64,000 bases of DNA, taken from Mobula hypostoma (Eukaryota). The position numbers and the translations under genes are program-made. The notes beneath the pieces were generated by a model. That model was not told the origin of the DNA. It made no database searches and saw only the letters and a program-made list of their open reading frames with translations. The stretch covers positions 26,598,001 to 26,662,000 of the forward strand of contig NC_086119.1 in NCBI RefSeq assembly GCF_963921235.1, written 5' to 3'. Of this stretch, positions 39,001 to 50,223 are shown piece by piece; positions within the stretch are counted from its first letter, which is position 1, and every line of letters begins with the position of its first letter.

Positions 39001-39539
39001 CTAAAATTGTTAAAATTCAACAATTTTAAGATACCTATTTATTTTCAATTTATTTGAACAGCTCTCTGGTTGGTGTACGGATTGCTAAAGCTACCTTTAT
39101 ATTCCAACATATGATTTCCCTTCTTGAAAACAATCCATTTCTTTAATCAGTATTTACACAAGATTTTCACAAGTCAGTATCCAGTTACATCAGAAAATGA
39201 AATAAGCATGAATATTTTTATTCACTCTCAGTACACAATCAGAGATTTTGATATTTTTAAAAATCTATCAAAGTGATTTAATTGGAATCCTTACACTTGT
39301 CTATCAGTTTAGATTTTTTTCCCGAAATACTGCAATAAAACTCCACTTAGAAGGATAAATGTATGGAACAGATGGTTGAATATACTCAGGGGTACAAGTA
39401 GTCACACAATTCATCATATAGAACTTACTTCCCTGAGCCATAATTATTTTGTTCATGTTGATCAATAGACAGCCTGAAAAATGTTGCCCAACTCAGCAGA
39501 TCTTACTGCAGTGTATTGAACTGCCACTTAATGGATTTT

Positions 39540-41091
39540 TTTTTTGTTTTCTGCACCATTCGCTGTAACTCTAGAGACTTTTGTGTGTGAAAATGCCAGG
39601 AGATCAGCAGCTTCTCAAAAACTCAAACCGCCCCATCTGGCACCAACAATAATCCCATAGTCAAAGCCACAGATCACATTTCTTCCCCATTATTATACTG
39701 GTTTCCCCCATTATCCAAAGGCAGAGCGTTCCTATGAAATGGTTCGTAAGCCGGAATATCGTAAAGTGAATAAGCAATTACCATTTATTAATATTTTTGA
39801 GCATTCCAAGACCCAAAAATTAACCTACCAAATCATACCAAATAACACATAAAACCTAAAATAACAGTAACATATAGTAAAAGCAGGAATGATATGATAA
39901 ATACACAGCCTATATAAAGTAGAAATACTTTTCTGCAGTACTGACTAGCACAGCGAAAATCTCACGGCAGTGCTCTCGGCAGAAACACGGCGCAAGCGCT
40001 CTCGGCAGGAACACTCTCTCCAGTAACCTTTAAGCTATGAAGCTGCCAAATCATACCAAATAACACATAAAAATACACAGCCTATATAAAGTAGAAATAA
40101 TGTATGTACAATGTAGTTTCACTCACCAGAATCCAGAAGACTCCGATAAATTGCAGTTTTGTCACAGTTAAACACTTGCTTATATGAATAACCACCTTCT
40201 GTAAGTTATTTTCTTCAGTTCTGCTGGGAACTTCTTGGCAGCTACAGTATCAGCCGAAGCACTCTCTCCGGTAAAAGTTAAACTACGAAGCTACCCTCGC
40301 CTTAGAAACCACCCATGACTACCTTTAAATTCCACTTTCGCAACACTTTCATCACTATCGTCCAGTGCTTTCTGTTTCAGCTTATCAAAAAGACTGATTG
40401 ATATTTCCTTAAGTATAAGGAAACTTAACGGAACACCACGCTTTGTACACCCATCAATCCACTCAAGCAATAGACTTTCCATTTCATCCATTATTAGATG
40501 CCGACTAAGAGAAACCACTTTGCTACAAGCAGAACCAACAGTAACATCGGCAACTTTCAAAATTCTTTCTCTCTGTGTATAAATAGTGCAAATGGTGGAC
40601 GCAGGCAAGGTCAGCACGCGGACAATGTCCTTACTTGTTCACCGTGATCGAAACACTTAATTATGTCTAGTTTTACACTAAGTGTAACATCCTTACGAGC
40701 TCTCTTAGGCTTTTCCAATAGCTTAGAACTCATCTTGCTAAAGAATGCACAAAATAAATCAAGGTAAAGCACATGTTTAAGCAATGGCGGCTAGAATGCA
40801 GTTCCGGGGGAGGAGCTTGGCTGTTTGGGCGTGCGCTGCCTTTTTTCGTAACAGTGAAAACACCTTCTGTTAGTGAAAACAAGTAACTAATGTAGGTCTT
40901 TCGTAACAGCGAGGTGTCGTAAAGTGAACGTTCAGAAGGCGGGATCCACCTGTATTTGGTCTGAACATCTGAACTGGTTGGCCATGTATGCATGCCGTTA
41001 TGCATAGAGTTGCTGCCACAAGGCTGACTGATAGGATATTTGCATTAATGTGCAGTTGTCCAGGTGTGCCTAATAAAGTGGCTATTAAGTG
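39540..41091 (-). mobile_element. Tc1-family non-autonomous element split by a Tigger insertion
   Basis: 39540-39697 and 40955-41091 match the 47817-50223 element; TIR cctaataaagtggctattaagtg at the right end. Confidence 0.8.
39698..40952 (-). mobile_element. Tigger/pogo-family DNA transposon, internally deleted
   Basis: TA on both sides; imperfect CAGGT-type TIRs; ORF 40291-40617 (LPASTICTI...MESLLLEWID...FKGSHGWF) is a CENP-B-type HTH; frameshifted TGESASAD..AAKKFP follows. Confidence 0.92.
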
Positions 41092-41309
41092 TTTAATTAA
41101 GTTCTACCCTAACTTCTGTAGAGTCCTCTCTCACACAGGAGCCGTATCATTCAAACCTAGGCTCTATCCCGAAGCTGACTTAAATTCACTCTCACACTCC
41201 ATCCCCAACTCTAATTCGTTACCTCTTCTTCTTCCAACATAAAGAGACTTGATAGGATAGAAAATCAAAGAAAAAGTATCACAAATGTTGCAAATCTAGA
41301 ATGAAAATA

Positions 41310-41510
41310 GTTGGAAATCTAAGCAACACACACAAAATGCCAGAAGAACACAGCAGGACAGGCAGCATCTATGGAAAACAGTACAGTCGAAGTCTCGGCC
41401 CGAAATGCTGACTGTACTTTTTCCCATAGGTACTGCTTTGCCTTCTGAGTTCCTCCAGAATTTTGTGTATGTTGCTTGGATTTCCAGCATCTGCAGATTT
41501 TCTCTTGATT
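41310..41510. mobile_element. Palindromic Penelope pseudo-LTR mini-element
   Basis: ~41312-41389 is an imperfect reverse complement of ~41410-41486; the loop carries gtctcggcccgaaa, the 3' half of the hammerhead. Confidence 0.85.
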
Positions 41511-41911
41511 GTTTATAGATGGAAATCTACATGGGTGGAATCTATCATGAAAGTAGATGAAATGAAAATCTAAGATGAAAACAGAACTTAGTATCCGTGT
41601 GGAGAAGCAACTAATGCTAAATTCAATGTGTAGTCCTGAGGAGTAATTGCTTGGAAATAATAACTCTCCTCTGTCTGTGGATGCTACCTGCCCTGCTAAG
41701 CATCATTTAATCTGATAACCAATCCCGTTAAGTTTGATCTCTCCACAGATGCTGTTTGATCTAAAGGGTATTTCTACCATTCATTTCTGTTTCAAATTTC
41801 CAGTAGCTTCTACTCTTTGCATCTCACTGTTATAGCACATTCTCTTGGCTTTTGTCATCTCCTTAGTTCTCATTCATTATTAACTAAACAGCTCCAGTTG
41901 TATTGTGAGAC

Positions 41912-41950
41912 CTGTCCTGATGAAGGGTCTCAGCCTGAAATGTCGACTGT
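41912..41950 (+). ncRNA. Minimal hammerhead ribozyme-like motif in a Penelope terminus (element extends to ~42010)
   Basis: gtc-CTGATGA-agg(gtctcag)cct-GAAA-tgTC-gac: conserved core, stem I gtc/gac, stem II agg/cct; probable C>T CpG decay after GAAA. Confidence 0.65.
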
Positions 41951-43812
41951 ACTTCTTCCAATAGATGCTGCCTGGCCTGCTGCATTCCACCAGCATTTTG
42001 TGTGTGTTGCCAGTCATATTGTGCCGCTTGCATAACCTTGAACTCGACTCTATCACTGATATTCCTCTTGTCCTTTCCACCTTCAATTTAAAACATTTTT
42101 CTGTTCTCATTTCTCTACTTCAGATGAAGAACAATTGGCTTCAAGTATCAACGTTTTTCTTTCCAAAGATGAAGGGTTGCTGAGTCTCTGGAGTGATGAG
42201 GCTGGAACCAAAGGTCATGGTTTCAAAATAAGGGGTCAGCCATTCAGAACTGAAACATGGAGAAACTTCTTCACCCTGTGATTTATAAAACTCTACAAAT
42301 TTCCACTCGAGAAGCAAGAGAGGTTGAGTTTTTGCAGGACAATCTATTTGATTTTTAGATACTGTGAAGCACAAGATACAGGGTAAGCATAGGGAAGTGA
42401 TGCAGAAATAAAACATGGGCCACAATCATAATAAAAAGAAAAAACACGTAAAATGGAATGGCCTACTCCTGCTTCTATTTTAATGTTATAGAATCATGGG
42501 GAATTTAGCAAAGAAACATTTAGTCCAAGACAAACTAGTATTCTGCCAAGTTGATTACCCTGCATGTTGTTATGAAGAGTTCTACACCATTCCTTCCTTC
42601 AGTTCACACAAAAATTCAACCCCGTTCCTCCTCGTCCACACCAACACTCTACCACAACTCTCCTGTAGAATTATCCTCCAAGATATAAATGGTGGGGAAG
42701 GAAGAATGCAGTAAAGTATAATTATAGGAACATAGTAAAAACATTCAACAATAGGGTGGGCATAGTGACACAGCTTGTTGAGCTACTGTGTTGTCTCCAT
42801 TGGCAGGTTCATTTTTTATGTTTCTAAAATTGTATTGGGCAAGGTTTTGCTGCTGTGACACTTGGATTTCTCTCTTCCTTCCCCACTTCGACCACTGGGG
42901 GCTTTGGATTGACCAGAGCTAGTCTCCACAGGTCTGGCATTCAGATAGTTGTGGAGAGGGAATGGGGTGGAATCACTGAAGGGATACCATTATAATAAAG
43001 AGGGGTGTAGAGGGAGAATCATCATCCCATCAATGTTCAGCCCTATAAGACTTGGACTGGGGAAATAGGGAACAGAATGGAAATGGAGTTCAGAAACTGA
43101 GTAGGAATCTTTTGAACCAAAATACAAAGGGGCTACAAAATTTCATTTGTGGAATGCCTATCAGCTCCTGTTTCAGTTGCAATCATACCCCTAAAAGATA
43201 TAGGCTTACATTAACACAGGAAACTATATGGAGACACAAAAGGTGACAGAATTTAGAGCAACAAATAGTCTGCGGAAGGAGCTCAGCAGGTCACACAGCA
43301 TCATTGGAGAGGGGTGGTGATGTTAAGCAATTGAACTGATACAGGTTTTCAACCCAAAGCATTGACAATTCATTCATCCACCATAACAGTTCCCCCCCCC
43401 CACCTCCTCCTCACCACAGATGCTGCTCGTACCACTGAGTCTCCTCAGTAATTGTTGAAAGTTGAACGAAATGGAGAGCAACTCGTATATACAGACGGAC
43501 AAACAATAGGAGCATGCGAGCAAACTGATGTACGGTACATACATCACTTGGAACCGAATTATCTGTCAGACTGCTTACAACTCACCAAGCTATTCCCTTC
43601 TAACAACTGGGGAAACCGAAAACCAAGAATATTCTGTTAATCAATTAGAATTACACAAGAGTAAATAATATACGAAGTTTCAGGACAGAATGTGAAATAA
43701 CATAACCAAGAACTATTGAAGGATTGACAGAACTTAATACCCAATCAGTAGGGGCTGTGACCCTTCTTGCAATATTTCAGTGAGGACCCAAGACTCCAAA
43801 CAAGAAAGATAG

Positions 43813-44524
43813 TGTCATGGTCCAGTCCATTAACTACTCATTTCAGTTAATTTCCTTTTCCATGTGTTCCATCGGGCTCCTTGATTAGGGCACCTGATCT
43901 TCATCCGAACCGGCAGGATAAAAACCCCGGCTTACAGCTACTCGGGGCTGGTCGGGCACCGTAGCCATTGCGGCGATGTATGTTCCGAGCTGCTAAGAAT
44001 GAGGAACCGTCTTCCGAGCTGCCAAGAATAGGGGACCGTCTTCATGAGCTTCTCCGTGTCAAGATACGTATTGTCTGTTGTTGTTTGTTTTTGTGGTCTC
44101 GTACCCCGCTGGGTGTTGCTGGCCATTTTGCCGCTGCTCCGAGCCGGGATACGGGTGGTCTGTCGTTGTTCGCTTTTGTCGTCTCGTGTCCAGCTGAATG
44201 TTGCCGCTGCTCCAAACCGGGATGTGAGTGGTCTGTCTTTGTTTGTTTTTGTTCTTCTCATGTCCAGCTGTGTGTTGCCAGCCATTTTGCCACTGCTCTG
44301 AGCCGGCATGTGAGTGGTCCATCGTTGTATTGTTTTGTAGGCTCCGAGTCCCAGTCTAGTCAAGGCTCGGAGTCCAGTCCAAGTCAAGGCTTCATGTCCA
44401 GGTCAGGTTCAAGTCCGTCCCCGTGTCCAAGTCATGTCCTAGTCTGTCTCCGTGTCAAGTCTCCGTGCCTGTGTCCTGCACTTGGGTCCGCTTCCTCCGC
44501 TTCCAGTCTCCACGCATTGCAACA
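43813..44524 (+). mobile_element. Solo LTR (~710 bp) with 5-bp TSD
   Basis: TGTCA...CAACA ends; GATAG at 43808-43812 and 44525-44529; TATA-like gataaaaa at ~43917; internal ~28-bp and ~75-85-bp tandem repeats; CpG-rich, so probably young. Confidence 0.92.
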
Positions 44525-45274
44525 GATAGTGGTGGATGTGATAGCATTGTTGACTATAATCTTTGATGGAAGACTGAAATGATATACTAAGGCGAGGGGT
44601 TGAAGTTGACGTGTTATTGTTTTAGGAATGATGTAAAAGTGACGGTATAGTCAGCTGTTGAGAATGATGATGAGGAATTTTCTAGTCAGCAGTTAGCCCA
44701 TACTACAATTGTGGGTAGAAGGAGCAGAAGTATCAGAAGGAAATAATATGGCTATGGCCATGGACTGCATTGGCAAGCAACATGGGCTGACCTGAATTAA
44801 ACCAAATACTACTGCTTTGATGTTGCTTTCTCACTTTTTGCCATTTGCGCAATTTGTACTTTGCTTTTTTTCACATTTTTTGGTTTTGGATGTTTTCTTG
44901 AACAGGTTCCATGGAACTTCTTTGTTTTGTGGCTGCCTGCAGGAGGGCAAATCTCAGAGTTGTATTCTATGTACATACTTTGATAATAAATGTACTTTGA
45001 ATCTTAGAAGAGTTATGTTAGGACTAGATCAGTGTAGGGACAGCAGGCAGGTGTCTGGAAGCTAACGTGCCTGTAAAGAAAATCAGACATAATCAGGTTA
45101 GGAGAAATGAATTAGGAGAGTATTTTCAAGACAGAACAGTGTTAGGAGAGAAATTATAGAAGAAGTAAATCAAACTCTCAACATTGTCGAGGATGGCAGG
45201 CTGAGTGGAAGCTGGTTTGTGTAGTATGGGGGAGGGTTGAGAATTAAGACAACAAGGTTATGCATGCAGCCTGT

Positions 45275-46187
45275 TACAGCCGTTCCAATCAGTATTCTTA
45301 CTTTTTAACTTACGTTATTTTTTTTTCACGGTAACATGTTGAAGCTGCACCCTCTCTAACATGCTGGTAGAGAGAGTTTTATTTGGGTTTTTGGCACTGG
45401 AAATAGTTACATTCGGACATGTCTCATTAGCGGGACAGAAGCATGGTCACATTGTTTATTCCAGGGACCAGCTGCTTGCGCTTATGCCGGTCGGTTTAGC
45501 AAGCAAAGCAGCAGACACCCCTGCTGAAATCTGGAGGAAAACACACAGAGGATGCAGAGGGGGATCACAAAGTCGAGGAAAGAGGACCGGGTGGAGACAA
45601 CAGTGACTTATGGAGAAGAGGAGTTCAGTGGGTAATAAAATGGATGAGTTCACAGCGCTAGCCAGGCGTCAGAGAACATTTCGGGAGTGCAGTGTTATGT
45701 GTTTCACTGGAACAGGGCTGCATGAGGACATACCCAATCAAAACTTTTCCATGGACGGCTTTCAGACTGTTTGGGCTGACTGGAAGTGCACTAAGAGCGG
45801 TAAGCGTAAAGGAGTTGTGTGCCTACTGTTCTGGTTAACAACAGATTGTGCAATCCGGGTCATATTACGATCGAGGAATGTGTTTGTAGACCGGATATTG
45901 AACTTTTTACCGTTGGACTTCGGCCATATTCCACTGAGATACAACACTAGGGAGGTCGTTCCTGCCTGTGGCCATTGAACTTGCAGCTCCTCCCGTGGAG
46001 GGTCAGACATCCTGAGCCAATAGACTGGTCCTGGACTTATTTTCCATCTGGCATAGTTTGCATTTTGTTGTTTGATTGTTTGTGGTTTTTGTATTGCTAT
46101 ATTTATGCTCCATACTTGGTTGGTGCGGCTGTAACGAAACCCAATTTCCCTGGGGATCAATAAAGTATATCTATCTATCTATCTATC
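45275..46187 (+). mobile_element. Internally deleted Rex1/Babar-type LINE (5' end and endonuclease start fused to the extreme 3' end)
   Basis: IVYSRDQLLAL, RGCRGG, GNKMDE...RECSVMCFT...DGFQTV.AD...SGKRKG, then at ~45930 jumps to RSFLPVAI and ggggatcaataaag(TATC)n. Confidence 0.85.
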
Positions 46188-46704
46188 AGTAAGGTTATCT
46201 AATGAAAGTGAATGGCATTCAAAGGGAGGTAATGTTATGCTTATGAATATAACCTATGTTCATGAATGACATTTTTAAGTTAAATTGGGATTTTGGAACA
46301 ATATGTGCACACGGAATATGAACCACTGACCTCCACCTGCTCCATTGTAATCCAGAGCAACTTTGATGCAATTCAACTGTGGAATGCTGCTCTGGCTGTT
46401 GAGGAATATGTGGTGGCAATTCCTGGGTATGCTTGGATTTCCTTTCACCAGTTTCAGTGTGCAGGTACTCTGGTGGATGGAAGGGCAACTACTTTGTCAC
46501 AATAACAGCTTTGATAATGAAACAAAAAGTGTCCCATTCATAAAACTACTTACCTATTTAAAACACATAATCAATTTGCCTCCCTGCCTTTGTCAAAGCC
46601 AATACACAAATTGGTCAACCTATTAACCCACAGCCCCTCCCCCTCCCTCTCTCTATCCCTCTCCCTCTCCCTGCTTGTATATTCTAGTACTCTCAAAATG
46701 ACTG

Positions 46705-46843
46705 CTAACATCACAAACATGAGGAAATCTGCAGATGCTGGAATTTCCAGCAACACGCATAACATTTGCTGGTGAACGCAGCAGGCCAGGCAGCATCTAT
46801 AGGAAGAGGTATAGTCGACGTTTCGGGCTGAGACCCTTCGTCA
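46705..46843 (-). mobile_element. Penelope 3' terminus, 5'-truncated inside the hammerhead core
   Basis: Minus strand reads TGACGA-agggtctcagccc-GAAACGTC-gacta and then the canonical terminus. Confidence 0.85.
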
Positions 46844-47004
46844 CATTTGCTTACCCCACCACTGCTTCAACCTACAAATTAACCTTTTGGTAATCCTGTA
46901 TGAGGACTCCTAAGTCCCTTTGCACCTTAGAGTCACCTCATGTACAAACATTTCTGTACGTAGCATCACTTTATGTACATACAATCAATCTATGCATACA
47001 AGCA

Positions 47005-47162
47005 CAAACAGGAGAAAATCTGCAAATGCTGGAAATCCAAGCAACACAGACAAAATGCAGGAGGAGCATCCTGATGAAGCATCTTGGCCTGAAATGTCGA
47101 CTTTTTACTCTTTTCCATAGGTGCTGCCTGGCCTGCTGAGTTCCTCCACCATTTTGTGTTAT
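47005..47162. mobile_element. Penelope terminus with inverted 5' segment and hammerhead core
   Basis: Antisense acagacaaaatgcaggagga followed by sense cctgatgaagcatcttggcctgaaatgtcgac...ccattttgtgtt. Confidence 0.8.
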
Positions 47163-47816
47163 GGATATAAGCTATCATATGTATTTATATTTCTTGTGCT
47201 TTTTATTATTGCTTCTATTGTCTTATTTCGTTTTTTTTGTGTGCAGCATCTGATCTGCAGTAGAAATGATTTCATTCTCCTTTACACTCATGTACTGGAA
47301 ATGACATTAAACCACGTTGAAACTTGAAGCTATGGATGCAAAAGTCATCGATTGAGTTTTGCACTACGAGTTAGTTTTGCTTTTTATTCTTACGATACTA
47401 GATGTTAGTTGTGCCCCAGTGAAATACTTAATTTGGCACATGTGACATTGGTGGTACTGAAATGGTAGATTTTCCAGACCATCAAATGTTCCATCATTTT
47501 TAGTATTCGAGCATACTTTGATATTCACTTTTCAAAAATAAAACTTGCACAATCATATTCCTGTGAAGCTGCTAGGTTTAAAGGGAGTGCAGTAACCAGA
47601 ATCTTATGAGTGAGAAGGGGCAAAGAAACATCTCCTGGAGAGCCAGACTCTGATCCAATGGATTTTCAAAACAGATTAACAAGAAAATATCAAAGCTTTA
47701 CTGTATTAAAAACACAAATCCTCTAAATGAGTTGGAACTCGTATGAATTGTTGAGAAAAGATCATGTTAGTATTTTGAGTTTGCTGTTAATCTGTGTATA
47801 TTTAGACCTTGATTTA

Positions 47817-50223
47817 CACTTAGTGGCCACTTTATTAGGTGCCTCCAATCCATAATAAAGTGGCCACTGAGTGTGTATTTGTGGTCTTCTGCTGCTGTAG
47901 CTGATCCACTTCAAAGCCCGGCATGTTGTGCATTTAGAAATGCTGTTCTCCATACTATTGTAACACATGATTATTTGAGTTACTGTCATCTTCCTGTCAG
48001 CTTGAACTAGTTTGGCCATTCTCCTCCGACCTCTCTCCTTAACAAGGTGTTTTCACCCACAGAATTGCCACTCACTGTTGTTATTTTGTTTTTGCACTGT
48101 TCTCTGTAAATTCTAGAGGTTTGTCTGTGAAGATCTGAGGAGGTTAGCAGTTTTTGAGATTCTCAAACCACCCCTTCTGGCACCAATAATCATTCCATGG
48201 TCAAAGTCACTTAGATCACATTTCTTCCTCATTCTGATCTTTGATCTGAACAACCACTGAACCACTTCTTTTTCTTCTTCTTCTATTTCCGGCAGTTTAG
48301 ACGGATCTCGGCATATTACAGCCCTCTGCAGGATGTATAATTAATTATAGAACTTCAAGGAACTCAATTTCTCGAATACAACCTAGTCTCACATATAAAC
48401 TGAATAATAGACTCTTCAATCAGATGTTGATTCTCTTGATGGCCAAACAAAGATTTAATAGAAAACCAAAATAAATTTAAGCCAGACAGCCTCTTGAACA
48501 ACATGCTTCTTTCAATGTTGTATCGATTACAGCTCAGCAAAACATGCTGGACTGTCTCTGGACTACCACAGTCACATAATCCAGTAGGATGTTTTCCTAT
48601 TATCTTTAAATAATAATTTAGCCCACAATGCCCCAACCTAAGTCTTGTAAATTTTCACCATATCTCTATGACTTAAAAGGTAACAGTTTGAGACCTTTTT
48701 AACTAGTGGGTGACTAGAAAAATAATGCCTGCCCCTTAATTCATTTTCCCAATCCTCCTGCCACTTCTTCTCTATACTTTTTTTAATCCTACTTCTCAAT
48801 TCTGCTCTGCCTAGGGGAACTCTAATTTCTACTTGCCTGCTCTGTAAGGAAGACTTTGCAATGCCATCCACAATTTCATTTCCCTCCACCCCAGCATGCC
48901 CAGGTATCCATGAAAATCTAACTGCACAACCCATCTTCCCTACTCTAAACAACACTAAGAGAATCTCAATAACTATGTCAGGACGAGCTTTTGATTTACT
49001 CCCTTTTATAGACTCTAAGGCAGCAGCAGAATCTGAACAGATGATAACCCTATGTGGTCGAGAGTCTTCTATCCACCATAAGGCCCAGAGGATTGCTAAT
49101 AATTCTGTTGCAAAGACAGAAACTCCATCTGAAACCTGGTGACCAATCTTAACTCCAAGTTCTGACACATACATCCCAAATCCTGCCCTACTGCTCTCTG
49201 GGTCCACTGAGCCATCAGTAAAAATCTTCAGATAAGATTCCCATTTATTATTTAAATATTCATTTGTGATCAACGCTGATGAAATTACACTGCTTCCTTG
49301 AAGCTGAAAAAGGAGGAATAGGTCTACTTCTGGTTCTGGAAAGAGCCAAAAAGGGACGGGTGGCAGGCAAATTTGGTCAGCTATGTCTTCCTCAGTCAGT
49401 TTCAATTTCACAGCCCAGTTATTAACCAAATCTAACATTGGGTATCTTTTCATTTTACTTTGGCGCTCTGACTTCCCCTGCAAAAGACACTTCGATGGAC
49501 AGCTGTGATTGAATCCATTTAGTTTTACCCAATCCTGCAGGCCCAACTGAATTCATCTTAAATGTAGAGGCACTTCTCCCATCTCCGCACATAATGCCGG
49601 GACTGATGTTGTTCTAAAAGCTCCACAACAGAGTCTAAGTGCTTTGGACTGCACAGTGTCTAATCTTCCAAGCACTGCCGTAGCAGCAGAACCATAAGCA
49701 ATACAACCATAATCTATAACTGATCTAATCATACCTAGATATATTAAGTACATAGTTTCCCGCCCTGCTCCCCAGTCGCATCTAGCAATACTTCTCATAA
49801 CATTTAAAACTTTCTCACACTTTCCAATTGTTTTATCTATATGAACCCTCCAAGTAAGTCTTTCATCAAACTAGACACCTAAAAACTTGAATACCTTGAC
49901 TCTTTCTAGTGGAGAATCATATAGACACAATTCACAATCAGGAATCTTTCTTCTAAAGCCAAAAATCATGTACTTGGACTTAGAAGCAGAAATCCTGAAA
50001 CCCCATTTATTAGCCCAGTTGTCAACTGATCTTAAAGCCTTTTGTACCTGCCTTAATATATACTTGATGTTTCTTCCTCTTTTCCAGATTGCACCATCCA
50101 CTTAACCACTTAACCATGTCTTCATGGTTTTAAGTAGTGAGTTGCTGCCACATGATTGGCTGATTAGATAGTTGCATTAACAGGCGGGTGTATAAGTGTA
50201 CCTAATAAAGTGGCCACTGGGTG
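47817..50223 (-). mobile_element. Non-autonomous Tc1-family element (TA TSD), split by a LINE
   Basis: TIR CACTYAGTGGCCACTTTATTAGG at both ends with flanking TA; ORF 47762-48019 (MAKLVQADRKMTVTQII..YN...SISKCTT.RALK..YSSRRP) is a Tc1 HTH remnant. Confidence 0.92.
48268..50097 (-). mobile_element. I/Nimb-type LINE, 5'-truncated, with RT C-terminus, RNase H and CCHC
   Basis: DGAIW...FKFLGV; RSVIDYGCIAYGSA; RNase H IFTDGS...ATELLAI...ICSDS...WIPGHAGVEGNEIVD; CDCGSPETVQHVLLSC; (AAG)n tail; TSD CCACT(G/T)AACCACTT at 48254-48267 and 50098-50111; two stops and one frameshift. Confidence 0.93.

Noticed and set aside
40291-40617. Domesticated TIGD/CENP-B-like gene
   Set aside because: Flanked by TIRs and TA, frameshifted, and lacking the DDE domain.
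43968-44582. 204-aa ORF and repeat array as a gene or CRISPR-like locus
   Set aside because: Lies inside a TG..CA solo LTR with TSD; the repeats are contiguous tandem units without unique spacers; the context is eukaryotic.
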